Shown: positions 18,441 through 29,171 of the stretch, piece by piece | Position numbering within the stretch: the stretch's first letter is position 1 | How the letters are laid out: every line of letters begins with the position of its first letter | IMG/VR virus record: IMGVR_UViG_3300025626_000022 | Reading direction: 5' to 3' (one strand) | Source of the DNA: an uncultured virus (IMG/VR IMGVR_UViG_3300025626_000022) | Taxonomy: Duplodnaviria > Heunggongvirae > Uroviricota > Caudoviricetes > Crassvirales | DNA: 64,000 nt | Made by a program: the position numbers and the translations under genes | Notes under the pieces: model-generated | Database searches by the model: none | Seen by the model: only the letters and a program-made list of their open reading frames with translations | What the model was told of the DNA's origin: nothing

Positions 18441-19817
18441 TTATTTAGGTAATAATGCTACTGCCATAACACGTTTTTCTATACCTGCCGCTTCTCCTAA
18501 TAAGAAGCTTAAGCTTTTAGGATCTTCAAAATCGTAAATTAAAGCATTTCCTCTTTCATCTACTATTTTTCCATTTTTAATTTTATAAATTTCTTTTCCT
18601 TCTAATTTATTTAATTGAGCTAAAAACTCATCATCTGATTTAATGACACTAGATGCTTGAATTATATTATCTATATCACCACTTCGAGATTCTAGCGTTT
18701 GATTAGTGTAAGGTGTTCTTTGATTTTTAGGTTTTTGTTGAGTTTTTAAATACTTTCTTTCAGATAAATTTAAAGCTTTTATTCTATCATCAACAGATTT
18801 TTTTATCATTAATTTTCTAGCTTCTTCTTTCTGCCCTTTCAACCATGTTTTTCCTTGATCTAGAGTAAAACTATCAGGTATATCTCCCCACTCCGAGTCT
18901 TTATATAAGTCATCTATACCTTCAGCATCATTATACACATCGGCCCAGAGTATAGACATTGACGCATCATCTTCAACAACTTTACTGAAAGCATTGCCTC
19001 TGTACATACTTTCTTCTAGCGACTTCTTTTTGTCAGGCGTTATAAATCTAAATATATCTTGATTTTCTATATCATCAGGATTGTCTTCGTATTCGTAAGT
19101 TACGTAAGCTGACTTTAGGTTATTAGGATGTAAGTAATTATCTACTATTTTAGCATTTAACTCAGTATCGTCAGGAACTGTTTTTATAACATTACCACTA
19201 GCTTGCATTTTTAGTAGTTCATCTATGTTTATCATAGCTCCCTTTTTGTCACCATTAGGAGGATTAAATAAAAATAATTTACCATCTTTAGCAACTATAT
19301 TAGTGTTTTCGCCATTAGAAATACTTAGAAGCACTTCTTGCATTTCTGAATTAGTAGTAGAACTTATAGCACCAGGTTTACCAGGTTCTATTGTTTGTTT
19401 ATCTTTAAGATCTTTAGCTAACATTAAAATTTCTGGAGCAACTATTTTGTAAGTATCAACTTGCTTATTTATAATATCTAAAGCTTGTTTACCTTTAGTT
19501 GGGTCTATTTCACCAGTTGATATTCCATTTTTTATTTTAAAATACTCATCTACTTGATCGTTCCAAAAATTTCTTATATTAACATTAAACTGGTCATCAC
19601 CGGTACTAAACTCAGATATTCTATCATTAAAGTTGTTTTTCTCTTTTAAACCTCTTTCGTATATAATTTGCTGATTTTCTTTATTAGCAGCCATTTTTCT
19701 TCTCATGATTTCAAAAGTCCTTTCTCTTTGAATATTCATTTCTTGATTAGCTTTAGAAAATATTTCAAATTCATTGTTTATTATCCTTTGTGGATTGCTG
19801 TATGCGTTATCTGCCAT
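18441..19817 (-). CDS. Putative internal virion (ejection) protein
   Basis: Helical 458-aa protein between the giant protein and the Ala/Gln-rich ejection-like protein. Confidence 0.55.
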   Translation of the reverse strand: MADNAYSNPQRIINNEFEIFSKANQEMNIQRERTFEIMRRKMAANKENQQIIYERGLKEKNNFNDRISEFSTGDDQFNVNIRNFWNDQVDEYFKIKNGISTGEIDPTKGKQALDIINKQVDTYKIVAPEILMLAKDLKDKQTIEPGKPGAISSTTNSEMQEVLLSISNGENTNIVAKDGKLFLFNPPNGDKKGAMINIDELLKMQASGNVIKTVPDDTELNAKIVDNYLHPNNLKSAYVTYEYEDNPDDIENQDIFRFITPDKKKSLEESMYRGNAFSKVVEDDASMSILWADVYNDAEGIDDLYKDSEWGDIPDSFTLDQGKTWLKGQKEEARKLMIKKSVDDRIKALNLSERKYLKTQQKPKNQRTPYTNQTLESRSGDIDNIIQASSVIKSDDEFLAQLNKLEGKEIYKIKNGKIVDERGNALIYDFEDPKSLSFLLGEAAGIEKRVMAVALLPK

Positions 19818-19831
19818 TTCTTATATTTTAA

Positions 19832-20572
19832 TTATCCCATTCCAAAACTTGCGACCTGACTCATTGTACCACCAAAAGCACCGGCCATGTCTACATATGC
19901 TTGGGTTTGAGCAGCATTAGCATTAGCAGCATTTTGTTGTGCGTTTTGCATCATACCAGCGGCGTAGCCCATATCTGCCTGAGATCTATTTTCTAATGTT
20001 TCCATCTCAAATTGAGCGCCTCTACCTTTTAGCTCTGCAACTTTCATAGCTCCCTCACCTTTCAATTGATCTGCTCTTTGTTGTCCTTCAGCTTTCATAG
20101 TTGCAACATCCATAGCTCCTTTAGCTGCTAGTTTCTGATTAGCAGCTTCTTGTTGTTGTATATCTGCAGCTATACCTTTTTTAGATTGAAGAGCGGCTTG
20201 AGCAAGAGCGGTAGCACCACCTGATCCCATACCTGTTTTCATCATAGTATCTAAGCTATTAGCTAAAGCTATATCAGCTTGTTCTGCTTGAAATTCAGCT
20301 GCTTGAGTTGCAACACCTAAATTAGCGTAAGTGTTTGTCATGCTAGCAAACGGGTTTTGTATATTTTCAAAAGCGTTTGTCATTTCACCATAAGGGTTTG
20401 ATATTTCGGGTCTGTTAGCTTTTGCTTCTGCAAGCTCTGCTTCATATCTCTGCGCTTGATCATTATATCTACCTTCAGCGTCTTTAGCTCTTTTTGCCGC
20501 TATACCGTTTCCAATTGCTTGACCAGCTAAACCTACGCCTGCTACTATTAAGGATGCTGTAACTGCTGCCAT
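19832..20572 (-). CDS. Putative DNA ejection/pilot protein
   Basis: Hydrophobic Gly/Ala N-terminus followed by Ala/Gln-rich helices, typical of podovirus internal proteins. Confidence 0.6.
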   Translation of the reverse strand: MAAVTASLIVAGVGLAGQAIGNGIAAKRAKDAEGRYNDQAQRYEAELAEAKANRPEISNPYGEMTNAFENIQNPFASMTNTYANLGVATQAAEFQAEQADIALANSLDTMMKTGMGSGGATALAQAALQSKKGIAADIQQQEAANQKLAAKGAMDVATMKAEGQQRADQLKGEGAMKVAELKGRGAQFEMETLENRSQADMGYAAGMMQNAQQNAANANAAQTQAYVDMAGAFGGTMSQVASFGMG

Positions 20573-20578
20573 AATTTA

Positions 20579-20989
20579 TTAATTTATAATTTTTACTATT
20601 TCATGTGAGGGTTTATCATCTACTTTCCACCCTAATTTCTTGTGTGTATCTATTAACTTGCTATTTCTACCTATAGTAAACATGTATTTATAGCCCAAGT
20701 CTTTAGATATAGTTTCAGCTGCTGTTATAAGAAGCTCTATCGCGTCCCCTCTGTCATCTTCTTTATAATCTGGATTAGATACTATCCATTCTAATAATAA
20801 TGCCTTAGAATTAGTCATATACATAAATCCAGCTACTATAGGTGTGTTGTCTTTTTCTATTATTAAACCACCTGTACCGTTGTTTGGTAAAAAATCTTTA
20901 GATGGAGCTGACCAACCAGGCCACTTATTCCACCAAGTAGTTAAAATATCGTAATCTTTATCTACTAACTTTCTTGCTTTTAATTCCAT
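20579..20989 (-). CDS. GNAT-fold acetyltransferase-like protein
   Basis: GLIIEKDNTPIVAGFMY...LEWIVSNPDY...LLITAAE...LGYKYMF...HKKLGW; GNAT genes commonly precede podovirus internal proteins. Confidence 0.65.
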   Translation of the reverse strand: MELKARKLVDKDYDILTTWWNKWPGWSAPSKDFLPNNGTGGLIIEKDNTPIVAGFMYMTNSKALLLEWIVSNPDYKEDDRGDAIELLITAAETISKDLGYKYMFTIGRNSKLIDTHKKLGWKVDDKPSHEIVKIIN

Positions 20990-20999
20990 TTATTTAATT

Positions 21000-21023
21000 T
21001 AATTGTCTATATATAGACAATTA
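21000..21023. repeat. Perfect 24-bp palindrome
   Basis: TAATTGTCTATATATAGACAATTA equals its own reverse complement; intergenic. Confidence 0.9.
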
Positions 21024-21028
21024 CAGGT

Positions 21029-22864
21029 TTAAAAACCAGATTTACTAAAATTAGTGGAAACTGCAAATAATTCTTTAGCTCCATTTAAATCAGTTATAGC
21101 ATCAGTTGTCATGGTTACTGTAGCGTAATTTGCTTTTATGCCGCTCATAGGATAACCATAGGTGGGTTGTGTATTAAATATAACTTCTCCAGCTCTAGGC
21201 GTTGATTTGTTTATTAAGTTAGCTACATAAAGATTTTCTTTAACAACGAAACCAGCATAGCCATAAGGAGGTGAAACAGCTAAAACACCAGTGTTAGAAG
21301 TGTTGTTAATCTCATATCTACCTTCATAAACGCTAAGAATAGAAGAAGTTTCATCAATATTAGCTAACCAAGTATTAGCACCGAAATTAGGCTCAAAATT
21401 ACCATCGCTGTTATTGTCTATATAAGGAGTTACTTGAGGTTCTTGTTGATCAGAAATAAAACTAGTAAGTTTCCAACCAGCGCTACCTTCGTATCCAACA
21501 GTTAAAAAGTTTTTACTTAAATCAGGTTGCGGATTAAAAACAAAAGTAACTTGAGGCTGTGTAGATACACCATAAAAAGTGTTCCTATTGTTAGAGCTTC
21601 CTTGAAAATTATGCTGAAATAAACCGCTATATATAGTAGAATAAAACTTATCTTTTAAACTACCCATAATAGTAGGTTTATAAGTAAAGAAACTAGTCCA
21701 GCCATTTACGGTTTCATCAAAAGCTAAAGTTGAATAACTATTTTCAGAAGTAGAATAAAAAGACGGCTGTTGTTGTAGTGAAACGTGGTATTGATCAGTG
21801 TGTATGTCCCAGCCACCAATTATAAACCCTTTAGTATAGCTTAAGAATCTAACATCAACAGCAGGAGGCACAATAGTTACCGTTGGTTGGCTAGTTAAGT
21901 ATACTAATAGTTGATTATTAACAGTTTCTTTTGCTATTTTTACTGCAAAAACATTATCACCATTACTATCAACAGCATCGGTCCATCCAGAGTTGTTATT
22001 ACCTATTTGCATTTTACTACCTACTAGAACTGTAGATGGTTCTCCTAGAGTTATTACAGCATTAGAGACGTTTGATATAAAATTAGCTGTACCAGGCTGA
22101 AGAGTATAGTTATCATTTATCAAAGGTAAATTGTCTCTAAAATAGTCGTTCATGCCATTTTGAGATATTTCTGTTAACCCATCTCTTGACAACCTCATTA
22201 CTGAGTTTCTAAATTTATCTGTAAAATATTTTCTATATCCGTAAACAGCAAAGCTTTCTGGGTTTAAACTAATACCATAATCACCAACATAAGGAACTAT
22301 TTGTCCTATTACTAAATTTGTAGAAGTTATAGTTCCACCACCTTCAGCGGAATATATTGCATCTTTGTCTATTAAAGCTCTTGAAACTTTATTTTCTTGA
22401 AAAACAATTAAATTAGTATCTTCAGCGTATAATTTCTGTATACTTCCATTAGAAGGATCAACAGCTTTAGTTATGCTATCAGCAGTAGAAAAAACATTTG
22501 TCTCATTAAAACCAGTCAATGAATTTATTAATCCTGAGTATATTAAAGCATTAGGTCTATGTTTTTGAACTGGATTATCTTCATTTAAATAAGCTCTAGC
22601 GCCATAGTCAGTTTGTAAATTATTGTAACCACCTCTTATTCTACTTTCTTCAATAAAAACATTGGCTTTTATTTGTTCTGTATCAAGAGGGTTTTTAATA
22701 GCATCACCATAATAAGATGGACCTGGCCAAGTTAATGAAGAATTAACATTGTTATAGTATTTATCAGCTCCATCTGGAGATAATACAGCTACCTTACTAG
22801 GACCTGTTTGAACTCTTTTTAACCAAAAGGAATTGTAATAACTTATTTCTAATATTGCTGCCAT
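21029..22864 (-). CDS. Tail nozzle/stabilization protein (C-terminal part)
   Basis: GSIQKLYAEDTNLIVFQENKVSR, YGISLNPESFA, FTDKFRNSVMRLSRDGLTEIS, typical of crAss-like stabilization proteins. Confidence 0.7.
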   Translation of the reverse strand: MAAILEISYYNSFWLKRVQTGPSKVAVLSPDGADKYYNNVNSSLTWPGPSYYGDAIKNPLDTEQIKANVFIEESRIRGGYNNLQTDYGARAYLNEDNPVQKHRPNALIYSGLINSLTGFNETNVFSTADSITKAVDPSNGSIQKLYAEDTNLIVFQENKVSRALIDKDAIYSAEGGGTITSTNLVIGQIVPYVGDYGISLNPESFAVYGYRKYFTDKFRNSVMRLSRDGLTEISQNGMNDYFRDNLPLINDNYTLQPGTANFISNVSNAVITLGEPSTVLVGSKMQIGNNNSGWTDAVDSNGDNVFAVKIAKETVNNQLLVYLTSQPTVTIVPPAVDVRFLSYTKGFIIGGWDIHTDQYHVSLQQQPSFYSTSENSYSTLAFDETVNGWTSFFTYKPTIMGSLKDKFYSTIYSGLFQHNFQGSSNNRNTFYGVSTQPQVTFVFNPQPDLSKNFLTVGYEGSAGWKLTSFISDQQEPQVTPYIDNNSDGNFEPNFGANTWLANIDETSSILSVYEGRYEINNTSNTGVLAVSPPYGYAGFVVKENLYVANLINKSTPRAGEVIFNTQPTYGYPMSGIKANYATVTMTTDAITDLNGAKELFAVSTNFSKSGF

Positions 22865-22880
22865 ATTTATTTATTTATTA

Positions 22881-23393
22881 CTACCAACCTGGAGTGCATG
22901 AATTACTTATTGGTGGATTATTCACATTAGTATTTTGAGCAACATATAATGGAAAAACAGTTCCATATTCAGTGCCATTACCAAATCTAAAAACAATAGT
23001 AACCCCACGAGTTGAAGAGTTGGCACTGTTGTCATCTGCGTTTATTATTATTCTCCATTCTTCCTCGGTTGTCGTGTTTGCTATCCATTGAACAGTCATA
23101 CTACTAATCCAACTCCATTGTGAGTTACTACTATCTAATGTATAAGTCCAATTACCAGCAGTTGATGTTGGTGATAATGTAAAATTATTTATACTACCAA
23201 TAAGACTATCTTGAGTAGATCCAGGTCCAGAGCTACCGTTAATTGCTTCCTGAGTAGATGTTCCTTCATTATTAAATGAGTATATTTGAAAAGGAATTAA
23301 ATACCTGTTAGCTCCAAATGTTCCACTCCCAGCTGAAGTGTTCAATATAGGTGTTACTTTATAATTTGCGCAGTTTGTTGCGGATGAGGCCAT
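22881..23393 (-). CDS. Putative tail-associated beta-rich protein
   Basis: Ser/Thr/Asn-rich; SWIS...NADDNSANSSTRGVTIVF resembles a BACON/Ig-like domain. Confidence 0.5.
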   Translation of the reverse strand: MASSATNCANYKVTPILNTSAGSGTFGANRYLIPFQIYSFNNEGTSTQEAINGSSGPGSTQDSLIGSINNFTLSPTSTAGNWTYTLDSSNSQWSWISSMTVQWIANTTTEEEWRIIINADDNSANSSTRGVTIVFRFGNGTEYGTVFPLYVAQNTNVNNPPISNSCTPGW

Positions 23394-23407
23394 AATTTAT
23401 AATTTAA

Positions 23408-23929
23408 TTAATTTCTACCAGATAGAGCTAAAAGGCCACCTGTAACAATACCTGAGCTAGGCACTGTGATACTTGGTGGATTACCATAAGCCTGTGTGCT
23501 TGTGTTAAAACCAGTGGCGCCATTGGCTAGAAGCTGTCCTTGCACGTCTATTAATGCTGGTGCACTAAGATTTTTTAATTCTACTTTTATCAATGTTTGA
23601 CCATTTACAGAAGAACCGACTCTACTTGACCTTCTATTGGAGCTAACATTGTTGCAATCTGTAAGTTGCCAATCTAAGTAAACAGTTATAGGCCAATTTG
23701 GTGAACCAGCTCCGGTGGCAGGTCCTCCCCAAACAGCACTTATATATTTAAAATTTAAAGTCCAATAACCAGGTCTATAACCTTGCGGAACCATCGGATC
23801 TGTTGAAGGAGAAACATACCCTAATATAAAACCACCATCCGGATAGGTGCTACTCACTAAAGGTGATGTAACGCTATCTGCTGTTCTACAGTATAAGTAT
23901 GCCGGTTGAACTGGTGTACTTGTTGCCAT
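23408..23929 (-). CDS. Putative tail-associated protein
   Basis: Beta-rich composition, within tail operon. Confidence 0.5.
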   Translation of the reverse strand: MATSTPVQPAYLYCRTADSVTSPLVSSTYPDGGFILGYVSPSTDPMVPQGYRPGYWTLNFKYISAVWGGPATGAGSPNWPITVYLDWQLTDCNNVSSNRRSSRVGSSVNGQTLIKVELKNLSAPALIDVQGQLLANGATGFNTSTQAYGNPPSITVPSSGIVTGGLLALSGRN

Positions 23930-23930
23930 T

Positions 23931-26900
23931 TTAATTTCCTATTTGTTCTATTGATACTACTTCGTCGTATTGATCATCTCCTTCACTTGGAAATGTTAGT
24001 ATAGCAGAGCCATTAGTTGCTGTTACGACGTATTGATTACCTGTCCCTAGTGGTATAGGGTGAATGCTTCCATTGTTATATAAACCGCCGCTACCACTAC
24101 CACTTGAAGGACCAATGTCTAAAATTATGTCTGGTATTCCAACAAAAGCTGGAATAGTTGGTAAAAACGGAATTGAACCTGTGGCTTGCGATAAAACTGG
24201 ATTAGCATTAGCTATAGAGAAAGTTGATGTTTGAAACGTTGCAGTTGTTGCTGGATTTCCAAAGTTAACAAGAAAAGTAAAAATCCTATTATTAGATAAT
24301 TGATCATTTTTAAAAACAATATTAGCTGTAGCTTCCACAGGGTAGTCATTACCTGTTTGAGTTCCCATTTGGTATTCTGATGTCTTGTTAAGACCATTTC
24401 CGTCAAACACGCTGAAAATACTAACACTATTCAAGGTAGATATAACACCTCCTTGAGTATTAGTAAAATTAACTTTAAGCACTTGTGAAGGTGTAGTAGC
24501 AAAATCAAAACTTTCATTTTGATCAAAGTTAGAAACTATAGCTAAACCAACTGGTGAATCTCCATCGTCAACAAGCTCATTTAAATCAGATATTAAACCG
24601 CTAGTACTTGTTTCCCAAAATATGTCTAATTCAGATACTACAGGAGCCGTTTCTAAAACAGATGCATATTGCCTTTCACTTGTAGTACTACCTATTTGAA
24701 ATGTATTACTAAATATAGAAACTACAGGATTTTTATCATATTCATATAAACCAGTTGTAGTATTATCGCCTTCACCTATTATATCATTCCAGTTTCCTAG
24801 TATAGAAACAACGTCTGTTTTGAAACCAGGAAAAATTTGTGATGCATAATTTAACTTTAATTCAGAAGCACCACTATTATAGTCAACAACGAGCTCATTA
24901 ACAAAAGACCTAGCAATTCTTGGTATTATTTCTAAATCTGATGTTCTATACATTACTTGATTAGGTCTAACATCTGTTAAATCTGGTGGCACTTTGTTAA
25001 TATTATCCGTAAGTAAAGTAGTTGTCATAGACTCTGGTAAATAAGCTCCAGTGCCATATGAGCTGGCATATTTAAAAATTATAGGATTATTTATTTGATT
25101 AGTTGGTACGCCTGCAAAATTACCTTTAAAAGTATATTGAGAAGCTGGTGTTACTTGTACTTGTGAATTACTTATTATTTTAACAACTGAAAATTCTTGA
25201 GAAGATCCAGTTCCACCAGGAATTGTGTTTAAAGTAAAAGTCATACCAATTTCAATACCTGAAGTGTCAACTAGTTCGTCTATAACAGTTTCTCCTGGCG
25301 CAAAGGCATTACCACCAGAAATTCCATCACCCCATTCAATAGACACATCCGCTTTACGAGGTTGTCCCCAAAGTAAACTTGGTAAATAAACATTGTAATA
25401 GTCCTGTTGCTTTTGCTTGACTACTATTTTGTAAGTATAAAAACCTAAAGGATTGTAACTAGGACTAGTTATGTCTCCATTGTACAGCCCAGGATAACCC
25501 TCTCTATCATTTAAAGATAAAGGTATTCCAGTGTTCCAAAGCATTTTTATACTATCACCTCTCCAATCTAAAAAATCACTATTTATAAAATCAGAATTTT
25601 TATATGGCGAATAAATAGTTGAATCACCGTAAGTAGTCGTACCTATAGTTTCTGTTTCTTGCTGAGGTGGACTTAGTATCACATCGCTCTGCCTACCATA
25701 TCTATCAGTCAATACAACTCCGACTTGATAAGTTCTATTTTGTTTTAATGTGTGGTTAGGATATGGTATCCAATCATTCGCTTGACCCGCAGTGTTAGGT
25801 TGAAATTTACCACTTACTCCAACTTTATAATTTAAATTTATTGGAGAAGTATGTTTATCTATAAAATTACCATATATTATTCTATTTCCAGAACTTTCTT
25901 GTGTCAACGCTCTTAATGGAACCTTGTCAGAGGTTCTAGTTATAACATCATCAGGTAAAGTCTTGAAAGGCTTAGCAGATTGATAAGTATATGTAAATAT
26001 TCTAGTGCTGTTACTAATTATACTGGAGTTAGAATTAGTAAAGTCTACTGTTTCTACTAACTTTAAAGCCAAAGCGTCAGATTCTTTATACAATATGTCT
26101 ACTTCTACAACCTTAAGCTTTTCTTGCATTTCGTTAACTGGATACTCTAATGGTATTTCTAACTTTACTTCTGTAGTTTTATTTTCAAACCATTCAACAA
26201 TAGTATCTTCTCCAGCTTGAGTTAGTTGATCAGTTAATACAGATGGCTTACCAGCATTATAAACAGGACCTTCTTTTATAAAATATCCATCTTGCTCAGG
26301 TACAAAACAGGTTTGAGTAAAAGGAGATACTAAAGAGTATTCACCATCGTCATATTTAAACCTATAAGCAAATCTAACAAACTTGTCTTTTAAATTACTT
26401 TTGTCACCGGGAAATTTAGCTTGATAATGAGGATTAGGAAAGTGAAAATCAAAATAATGTTCACCTTGACTTAATGTGACAGCTTTATCCAAAGCAAAGT
26501 TCCATATACCTGGACCTGGCTCAACTATGTTAGTTCCAGTTGAATCATTAGTATCGTTAACTGCTGGTATTCCAAAATATGTTTGTATGCCTTTATTAGC
26601 TGTATTCGTAATATCAACACCGAAAACAGCTCTAGCATTAGTAATATTTAAGGTGTTACTAGTTATCTTAATAGGTTTCCAATTATCAGTTGTGTTAGCT
26701 CCAGGAACAATTATACCTCTTGTTCTGTTGAAATCAGTTGGTTGTGGATTAGCTGTTGGGAATTGCGGAAAATCAACTATAGGTGCAAAGTAAGTTAAAG
26801 GAAGACCATTAGATACAGCGTTGTTTAATCCAGCCCCAGTTGATTTATTAGGATCACCTCCTGAAAGCCACTCTAGTTGCGGAACAGGATTTGTTCCACC

Positions 26901-28007
26901 TAAAGCAAACCACGCGTAAGCATTTTTGGTTACTGCATTTGTACCTTGGTTAGTAACTTTTAATCTACCTGAAGGTGGTAAATATTCACTAGTAGTATCT
27001 ATTAAATTTGACTCATAAAAAACAATGCCATTTTCGTCTCCTTGTATTCCAGAAATATTTGGCCAAACGTAAAACGTATCATTTACTGTGACTCCATTTG
27101 TATCTACTGCTTTTGTATACATTTGATATAATTCGCCAACTACATCTTTATTATTTATTTGTCTAGTAAGCCCAAACCAACAAAAATTAGGTATATTACT
27201 AAAGTCAGCACCAGCAACTTGAACTTTACTATACATAGGTTGTGTTGAGTTAGTTGATGCATTAAGTAATTGTTCAGCACTAAAAGAATTTGTAGTGTCA
27301 TTATATAACTGCACTTCAAAACTTGCATTAGGTGATGTTTGTATGTTAGTAACAGTTACAGCTCCTAAAAACTTTGTTTCTTTATTAACATCCATTGGGC
27401 TATATGGAGCATATTTAGCAACAGAAATAGTGTCTTCATTAGTATAATATCTAGGATTAGCGTTTGTGTTATTTAAAGCTGTGATAACATTTATTTTTCT
27501 AGGTTGATTCCTATTATCTGTCCAGAATAGTAAATTTTCTACTAAGTTCACGCCTGTTATTCTATACGTAGTAGAGAAATTTAAAAAAGCTCCTTCAACT
27601 AGTATATTAGCAGCTCCAGTAACTATATTATATTGATTTATATAACAAGCTGGGTCGAAATTATATACAGATGAGGTTGTTTTAGTTGTGGAGTAGTCTT
27701 GTGAAAAAGTAGAGCTATTAGGATTATTTAGATCTGTATAGTTAGTTAAAAATAAATATATTAAATTATTTGTTTCATTTATATACCATCCTATAATTTC
27801 TAATCCACCTGGAGGCGTGACGTTTGTGGGAAAAAAATCTGATACTTTAGTATTGCCTAATACATTTTCTAAGGCACCAACATCAGAGTCTTCAGATTTA
27901 CTTACAGCCACGTTTATAGCGTCTCTATACTGACCTCCTGATAGTAGTCTATCGTCTAAGTCTTTATTCATTTTAGACTCGATAAAAGTATGTTTAGCTT
28001 GTGCCAT
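23931..28007 (-). CDS. Tail nozzle/stabilization protein (N-terminal part)
   Basis: KMNKDLDDRLL...YRDAINV...VGALEN, LLFWTDNRNQPRKIN, RFAYRFKYDDGEYS, NRIIYGNF, RTYQVGVVLTDRYGRQS. Confidence 0.75.
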   Translation of the reverse strand: MAQAKHTFIESKMNKDLDDRLLSGGQYRDAINVAVSKSEDSDVGALENVLGNTKVSDFFPTNVTPPGGLEIIGWYINETNNLIYLFLTNYTDLNNPNSSTFSQDYSTTKTTSSVYNFDPACYINQYNIVTGAANILVEGAFLNFSTTYRITGVNLVENLLFWTDNRNQPRKINVITALNNTNANPRYYTNEDTISVAKYAPYSPMDVNKETKFLGAVTVTNIQTSPNASFEVQLYNDTTNSFSAEQLLNASTNSTQPMYSKVQVAGADFSNIPNFCWFGLTRQINNKDVVGELYQMYTKAVDTNGVTVNDTFYVWPNISGIQGDENGIVFYESNLIDTTSEYLPPSGRLKVTNQGTNAVTKNAYAWFALGGTNPVPQLEWLSGGDPNKSTGAGLNNAVSNGLPLTYFAPIVDFPQFPTANPQPTDFNRTRGIIVPGANTTDNWKPIKITSNTLNITNARAVFGVDITNTANKGIQTYFGIPAVNDTNDSTGTNIVEPGPGIWNFALDKAVTLSQGEHYFDFHFPNPHYQAKFPGDKSNLKDKFVRFAYRFKYDDGEYSLVSPFTQTCFVPEQDGYFIKEGPVYNAGKPSVLTDQLTQAGEDTIVEWFENKTTEVKLEIPLEYPVNEMQEKLKVVEVDILYKESDALALKLVETVDFTNSNSSIISNSTRIFTYTYQSAKPFKTLPDDVITRTSDKVPLRALTQESSGNRIIYGNFIDKHTSPINLNYKVGVSGKFQPNTAGQANDWIPYPNHTLKQNRTYQVGVVLTDRYGRQSDVILSPPQQETETIGTTTYGDSTIYSPYKNSDFINSDFLDWRGDSIKMLWNTGIPLSLNDREGYPGLYNGDITSPSYNPLGFYTYKIVVKQKQQDYYNVYLPSLLWGQPRKADVSIEWGDGISGGNAFAPGETVIDELVDTSGIEIGMTFTLNTIPGGTGSSQEFSVVKIISNSQVQVTPASQYTFKGNFAGVPTNQINNPIIFKYASSYGTGAYLPESMTTTLLTDNINKVPPDLTDVRPNQVMYRTSDLEIIPRIARSFVNELVVDYNSGASELKLNYASQIFPGFKTDVVSILGNWNDIIGEGDNTTTGLYEYDKNPVVSIFSNTFQIGSTTSERQYASVLETAPVVSELDIFWETSTSGLISDLNELVDDGDSPVGLAIVSNFDQNESFDFATTPSQVLKVNFTNTQGGVISTLNSVSIFSVFDGNGLNKTSEYQMGTQTGNDYPVEATANIVFKNDQLSNNRIFTFLVNFGNPATTATFQTSTFSIANANPVLSQATGSIPFLPTIPAFVGIPDIILDIGPSSGSGSGGLYNNGSIHPIPLGTGNQYVVTATNGSAILTFPSEGDDQYDEVVSIEQIGN

Positions 28008-28010
28008 ATA

Positions 28011-29168
28011 TTAATGTTTAATCCACTTAGACTTACCTCTCATAACTTGTGTTAATTCATCAAGTTTTAGGTTTTGTAATCTAATCTTTGCATTTCTTAA
28101 AGCAGCTCTTCTTTCTTTTTTGAATCTACCTATAACATACTCAGGCATGTTTCTAGCTGTAGAAACAACAGCATGAACTATATGCATGTACATTGCTTGT
28201 TCAATCATTTTAGGTATTCTAGTGTCAGCGTTGTAAGCTAAGCCGTCAGATATGTATTCTATTAATATTATTCCAGATATATTACTGCTAAAAGAAAAAG
28301 TACCTTCTCTTTCATTTATTGTAAACCAACCATTTGTTTGCGTTAGTTCAGGTTCTAGACCGTATCTCTGGCCATAAGCTTGTTTCCACCAGGTTAAGTT
28401 ATATATGTTAGAGTTGTTTATTACCTCTTGAGTTAGTTTTCCATTTATGTCAGAATCATTAGCACTTTTCCAAAGTCCATCTGTTATAGATTGTGAAGCT
28501 TCTTGATTTTCACCAAATTGATCTTGAATATAATCACCTCTATTATCCTGTAGTATTAACTGCTCAGGATTCATTGTTAATCCATTTGCTGGGTATATAG
28601 TTCTTTGTACACCATTAGGATCAACCCAAGACAATCTAGTGTAGTTTACATAATCTTGAGGTATTGGAAGCTGTAGATTTGGTGGTAGTGATAATTCTTG
28701 AGATTTTATACTCTTTAACGTGTCGTAGCTAAATTCCTGTAATCCTCTTTTAGCATGAAATATAACATCAGATCTTTTAATTTTAGGTATTACTTTATCA
28801 GTACCTACATAGGCAACCATGAAGTTATCTACAATATCTGATATTTTGACATACTCATAATTACCTCTACCTTCCCATAGCGTCGGATCTTGTAATTGTA
28901 ATAAAATTTCAGCTTTATTTGCAGGGGCAGTAGTAAATGTTATAACATTGTTTGCTACTGTGTAATTTAACTCTATAAATGGAGTTCCATTATATGGTGT
29001 TATTTGTATTTGAAAATTAGCATTAGTAGTGTTTGTAGTTCCTAGTAATTCTACTTTAAAAGTGCTAGTAAAAATCGTGTTGCTACCATCACCAAAAAAT
29101 ACTTCTTGACCAGAGTAATATTGAGCATTAGTTTGGTCTATTAAACCACCATCAGGAGAATTTGCCAT
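28011..29168 (-). CDS. Tail ring/adaptor protein
   Basis: FHAKRGLQEFSYD, LPIPQDYVNY, IEYISDGL; position after capsid cluster. Confidence 0.6.
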   Translation of the reverse strand: MANSPDGGLIDQTNAQYYSGQEVFFGDGSNTIFTSTFKVELLGTTNTTNANFQIQITPYNGTPFIELNYTVANNVITFTTAPANKAEILLQLQDPTLWEGRGNYEYVKISDIVDNFMVAYVGTDKVIPKIKRSDVIFHAKRGLQEFSYDTLKSIKSQELSLPPNLQLPIPQDYVNYTRLSWVDPNGVQRTIYPANGLTMNPEQLILQDNRGDYIQDQFGENQEASQSITDGLWKSANDSDINGKLTQEVINNSNIYNLTWWKQAYGQRYGLEPELTQTNGWFTINEREGTFSFSSNISGIILIEYISDGLAYNADTRIPKMIEQAMYMHIVHAVVSTARNMPEYVIGRFKKERRAALRNAKIRLQNLKLDELTQVMRGKSKWIKH

Positions 29169-29171
29169 TTT

